Notes under the pieces: model-generated | Seen by the model: only the letters and a program-made list of their open reading frames with translations | Databases searched by the model: none | Told to the model about the DNA's origin: nothing | Source of the DNA: an uncultured Eubacteriales bacterium | GTDB lineage: Bacteria; Acidobacteriota; Aminicenantia; Aminicenantales; UBA4085 | Reading direction: 5' to 3' | Assembly: GCA_964537875.1 (NCBI GenBank) | Contig: CAZIDN010000010.1 | Span: forward strand, 3,417-67,416 | Length of the DNA: 64,000 nt | Translations under genes and position numbers: made by a program | Shown here: piece by piece, positions 60,805-64,000 of the stretch | Numbering within the stretch: the stretch's first letter is position 1 | Layout of the letters: the number at the start of each line of letters is the position of its first letter

Positions 60805-61383
60805 TTAGGCCGCGGTCCGGGCGATAGAGATAATCTTGATCGGCGGCGTTAAGTTCTGGTTTTCCTTCGGCGATTGATGGATCTTTTTGACAACGTCCAT
60901 GCCGGCGACGACCTTACCGAAAGCGGCGAATCCCTGGCCGTCCTTGTTGCGCCTGCCGCCGAAATCGAGCTCGGGCTGGTCACCGACGCAAAAAAAGAAG
61001 CTGGAGGTGGCGCTGTCCGGGCCTCCCCTGGCCATGGAGATGGCGCCGTTGATATGCTTAATACCGGTAACCGAGGTCCGTTCGAGCGGGATCGCCGGAA
61101 ATTCCTTATCATTAGCAAGCTGGCCGCCCTGGATGACTTCGATCTTGATCTCGTCCTTGGGCTGATTGTCCATGGTCACCGTCCGAAAGAAAGCGGTGCC
61201 GTCATAGAGCTTATTATCGACATATTTCAGAAAATTGGCCGCCGTGATCGGAGCCGTATCGGCAAATATCTCAACGGTGATATCGCCCTGCACGGTTTTG
61301 ATCAGGACCTTGGGATTCTGCGCTGCGTTGGCCATAGGAATTGCCAATAGCATAAGAGCCAATAACGGGAAAATTCTTTTCAT
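60805..61383 (-). CDS. periplasmic cyclophilin-type peptidyl-prolyl cis-trans isomerase
   Basis: Start placed at the ATG at 61383, which follows an aaggagg RBS. Signal peptide MKRIFPLLALMLLAIPMANA. Cyclophilin motifs FFRTV and MARGGPDSATSSFFFCVG. Confidence 0.85.
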   Translation of the reverse strand: MKRIFPLLALMLLAIPMANAAQNPKVLIKTVQGDITVEIFADTAPITAANFLKYVDNKLYDGTAFFRTVTMDNQPKDEIKIEVIQGGQLANDKEFPAIPLERTSVTGIKHINGAISMARGGPDSATSSFFFCVGDQPELDFGGRRNKDGQGFAAFGKVVAGMDVVKKIHQSPKENQNLTPPIKIISIARTAA

Positions 61384-61500
61384 TCGGGACCTCCTTCGGC
61401 GATGTTTCAGGAAAGGCACTTCCTAGAGTTTATTAAAGAGGGAAAAGCAAAGTCAAACTCCAATATCTGACCGTAAGAATCTCCGTTTATGTGATTTTTT

Positions 61501-61618
61501 ATCGGTGCCGGAATCCCCCCTGAGGTCCCCATAGCGGAGGGGGGACCCGTCGGCTTTTCGACGGGGGGAACCGCCGGGACTGGTTCCCCAGGGGGCAGGG
61601 GGGGATTCCGGCACCGAT
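61501..61618. repeat. GC-rich palindromic repeat element, copy 2 (20-bp terminal inverted repeats atcggtgccggaatcccccc / gggggggattccggcaccgat)
   Basis: The core 61527-61598 is the reverse complement of the copy-1 core, with about 68 of 74 positions identical. The outer flanks are also inverted (gtgatttttt / aaaaaatcgcat). Confidence 0.7.
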
Positions 61619-61866
61619 AAAAAATCGCATAAAGGTTTAAAAACATTGATTTCAATCGTTCATCATCTTGCTCCCGGCTCCGATTATTTTTATAATGCCC
61701 CTAGAAAAGAAAATATGTCGGATCAGTAGTGCCCCATCTGTGATTTTAATAAGTCGCATATCATGCATATATTACACAGATTACGGCCGATTTACGGCGT
61801 AATCGATTTGAACTCAAATTCTATTTTCTTTCTTTGTAACTCCAATTATTTCAACACGTATTTTTG

Positions 61867-61872
61867 TATAAT
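61867..61872 (+). promoter_or_regulatory. candidate -10 box (tgTATAAT) for the NRAMP gene
   Basis: TATAAT is preceded by TG, 21 nt upstream of the ATG at 61894. A second TATAAT lies at 61691-61696. Confidence 0.35.
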
Positions 61873-61893
61873 ATTCTTAATGGGACAGCACTG

Positions 61894-63279
61894 ATGTCGG
61901 ATCATAAAGTGGAAGGGTCTGTTCATCCCAGCGACGGCCTCAAGCGCGGCCTCCCCATGGTGGAAGCGCGGGACGCTGAATCGCTGGAAGCGGAACGTCA
62001 TTTTCTCCGGGAGATCGATGCCCGGCCGCATTTCTGGCAGCGCTGGCGGGGATATTGGAAGCTGACGGGCCCGGGATGGGTCCAGAGCGCTTTAACGCTC
62101 GGCGCAGGTTCCGCGGGTTCGACGATCATGGCCGGCGCCGTGTATGGCTACAAGCTGCTTTGGGTGCAGCCGGTGGCCATGTTTCTGGGCGTCGTCATGT
62201 TTGCGGCCATAGGTCACCAGCTTGTTGTCACCCGCGCCCGTCCGTATGACGCCTTCATGAAAAGGCTTCATCCAAGCCTGGCTCTTCTCTGGGGAGCGAG
62301 TGTCCTTCTGGCTTCGATCGTCTGGCAGTTCCCCCAATACTCGCTCGGGACTGCGGTGCTCAAAGATATTTTTGCGGTGGCCGGTCTCGCCGTCCCAAAA
62401 GGCATAATCGCTCTAGCCCTGCTTGGGCCGGGGACGGCGGTCTGTTGGAGCTACGGACGAGGAAGCCGCCGAGCGATCCGCGTCTTCGAAAGGATTTTGA
62501 AATACCTTCTCCTGTTCATGGTCGCCGCTTTCTTGCTCGTGGTCATTAAGACGGGCGTCAACTGGGAGGAAACATTCAAAGGCCTGTTCTACTTTTATAT
62601 TCCGAAAAGCCGCGAAGGCATAACGATTGTCCTGGGCATGCTCGGCGCCGCCGTCGGCGTCAACATGACATTTCTCTATCCTTATACTCTCCTGGCACGT
62701 GGCTGGGGAAAGGAGCACCGGCGCCTCAAGAATTTCGACCTGGGCGTCTCGATGTTTCTCCCCTTTGTCCTGGCCACGGGCTTAGTCACGATGGCCTGCG
62801 CAAACACTTTGTTTGTCCAAGGGATCAAGGTCCAGGGTGCGGTGGACGCCGCCCATGCCCTCCAGCCGCTGGTTGGGCTGACCGTTGGCCGGATCGTATT
62901 TTCGCTCGGCATTCTGAGCATGTGCTTCACGACGCTCGTCATCGAGATGCTCATTTGCGGATTCGTCCTGAGCGAGATGTTCAATTTCGAGCTGCACGGC
63001 TGGAAGTATAAGGCCAGCACGATGCTGGCCAACATCGGCATTCTCGGCGCATTTTACGCCATGCCTTTTTGGCTCCCCGTCATCACCTCTTCGTTCAATC
63101 TCCTGATGATGCCGGTGACGTACATCTGTTTCTTCATTCTCCAGAACAAAAGGTGCTATCTGGGCGACGAAGCCTCCCGCTTGCGGAGCTTCAAGGACAT
63201 CGCCTGGAATTTCCTGTTGATCCTGGCCATCCTGGCCGTCGCGGCGGGAGCGGCGGTCAAGATTATCTCCCTGTTTTAG
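61894..63279 (+). CDS. NRAMP-family divalent metal cation transporter
   Basis: Has 11-12 TM helices. The NRAMP TM1 region is GPGWVQSALTLGAGSAGSTIMAGA; a GVNMTFLYPYTLLARGW segment follows. The ORF could instead start at the TTG at 61864. Confidence 0.7.
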   Translation: MSDHKVEGSVHPSDGLKRGLPMVEARDAESLEAERHFLREIDARPHFWQRWRGYWKLTGPGWVQSALTLGAGSAGSTIMAGAVYGYKLLWVQPVAMFLGVVMFAAIGHQLVVTRARPYDAFMKRLHPSLALLWGASVLLASIVWQFPQYSLGTAVLKDIFAVAGLAVPKGIIALALLGPGTAVCWSYGRGSRRAIRVFERILKYLLLFMVAAFLLVVIKTGVNWEETFKGLFYFYIPKSREGITIVLGMLGAAVGVNMTFLYPYTLLARGWGKEHRRLKNFDLGVSMFLPFVLATGLVTMACANTLFVQGIKVQGAVDAAHALQPLVGLTVGRIVFSLGILSMCFTTLVIEMLICGFVLSEMFNFELHGWKYKASTMLANIGILGAFYAMPFWLPVITSSFNLLMMPVTYICFFILQNKRCYLGDEASRLRSFKDIAWNFLLILAILAVAAGAAVKIISLF

Positions 63280-63318
63280 GGAACGCCTGAGCTAGAAAGA
63301 AGACTTCAAAAACATTCT

Positions 63319-64000
63319 CTATTTTTTCTCCCGGATTCTCCGTTCGGCGGCTTCGGTTATCTCCTCAGGATAGCCGACGTGGCGCAACAGCTTGATCGCA
63401 TTCCGGGTCTCGGCTGGGCCTTCGCGTAATTGATAATTGAAAAGGATTCCCCGTTCGCCGATTTCTTCCTGGAAATGATAATTGATGTAGAAATCGGTTA
63501 CGAGTTGGGTGAGCTCAAGATCGTGCGTCGTGGCCAAGACCAGGCCGTTTTGCTTTGCCAAGTAGACAAGGACTTCCGCTGAAGCAGAAATCCTTTCGAG
63601 CGAGTTGGTCCCCCGAAAAACTTCATCGACGAGGCAAAGACAGGGAATTTCTTGACGAGAGGCACGAAGAATCCGCAGCAGGGCTAGAATTTCGTCCAGA
63701 TAATAGCTTTTGCCTTCGATAATGTTGTCCTTTCGACCGATGAGGGTTACGACGTTGAAGAAGGAAGCGCTGAATTTTTTCGCCAGGCAAAAATGGAGGG
63801 TCTCGGCGAGAATCATATTGACGCCAAGAGCTTTCAGGAAAATCGTTTTCCCCGACATGTTGGATCCGGTGATCAGCACCCCTCCCTTTCTCAAGGAAAT
63901 AGAATTCGGCACGGGCTTCTCCAACAAGGGATGGACGACATCTTCGATATCGAGGAAGGGGCTCGAATCCGTAAGCGCCGGCTCTACACATGCTTTCATT
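63319..64000 (-). CDS. MutS-family ATPase domain protein (MutS2-like), partial; N-terminus beyond window end
   Basis: Walker A GSNMSGKTIFLKALG, Walker B LVDEVFRGTN, and TTHDLEL are all present. Confidence 0.6.
   Translation of the reverse strand, partial: MKACVEPALTDSSPFLDIEDVVHPLLEKPVPNSISLRKGGVLITGSNMSGKTIFLKALGVNMILAETLHFCLAKKFSASFFNVVTLIGRKDNIIEGKSYYLDEILALLRILRASRQEIPCLCLVDEVFRGTNSLERISASAEVLVYLAKQNGLVLATTHDLELTQLVTDFYINYHFQEEIGERGILFNYQLREGPAETRNAIKLLRHVGYPEEITEAAERRIREKK

Overview
This is a 64 kb, roughly 55-60% GC bacterial chromosomal segment with mosaic base composition. I found no rRNA, tRNA or CRISPR array, and about 48 protein-coding genes supported by sequence motifs. Domain content (tandem SBBP beta-propeller repeats, TonB-dependent receptor-like barrels with an N-terminal carboxypeptidase-regulatory-like domain, many secreted hydrolases) suggests an Acidobacteriota-like Gram-negative organism, but that is inference only.

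Gene content in order:
- Outer-membrane biogenesis: a partial BamA/TamA-like Omp85 gene at the window edge, with TamB upstream.
- Housekeeping: an acyl-CoA carboxylase operon (carboxyltransferase, accC, biotin carrier), transaldolase, an FAH-family hydrolase and hslVU.
- An AT-rich GT39/ArnT-like membrane glycosyltransferase.
- A Tat-signal DUF362 protein, a lipoprotein and an orphan PqqB-like protein.
- A translationally coupled pair: an SBBP beta-propeller repeat protein followed by a TonB-dependent-receptor-like outer-membrane protein.
- A Ser/Thr kinase operon with two acyltransferases.
- A metzincin-type zinc metalloprotease and a secreted amidohydrolase.
- A roughly 10 kb glycan biosynthesis and modification cluster: GT2, GT4, Wzx-like flippase, a large GT-C-like membrane protein, GT2, SAM methyltransferase, radical SAM/SPASM enzyme and sulfotransferase.
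- GH43 and GH36 glycosidases and serC.
- Two apparent gene remnants, a LuxR-type solo HTH and a SagB-type dehydrogenase.
- M28 and M24 peptidases, the latter fused to a parvulin PPIase, a cyclophilin, an NRAMP transporter and a partial MutS-family ATPase.

Features that genes do not explain:
- A GC-rich palindromic repeat element present twice in inverted orientation (33421-33546 and 61501-61618).
- A 140-bp cluster of four strong hairpins in a divergent promoter region (53141-53278).
- A perfect 14-bp palindrome carrying an in-frame amber stop inside a short hydrophobic ORF (5375-5388).

All functional calls are motif-based readings of the six-frame translations; no database search was run.
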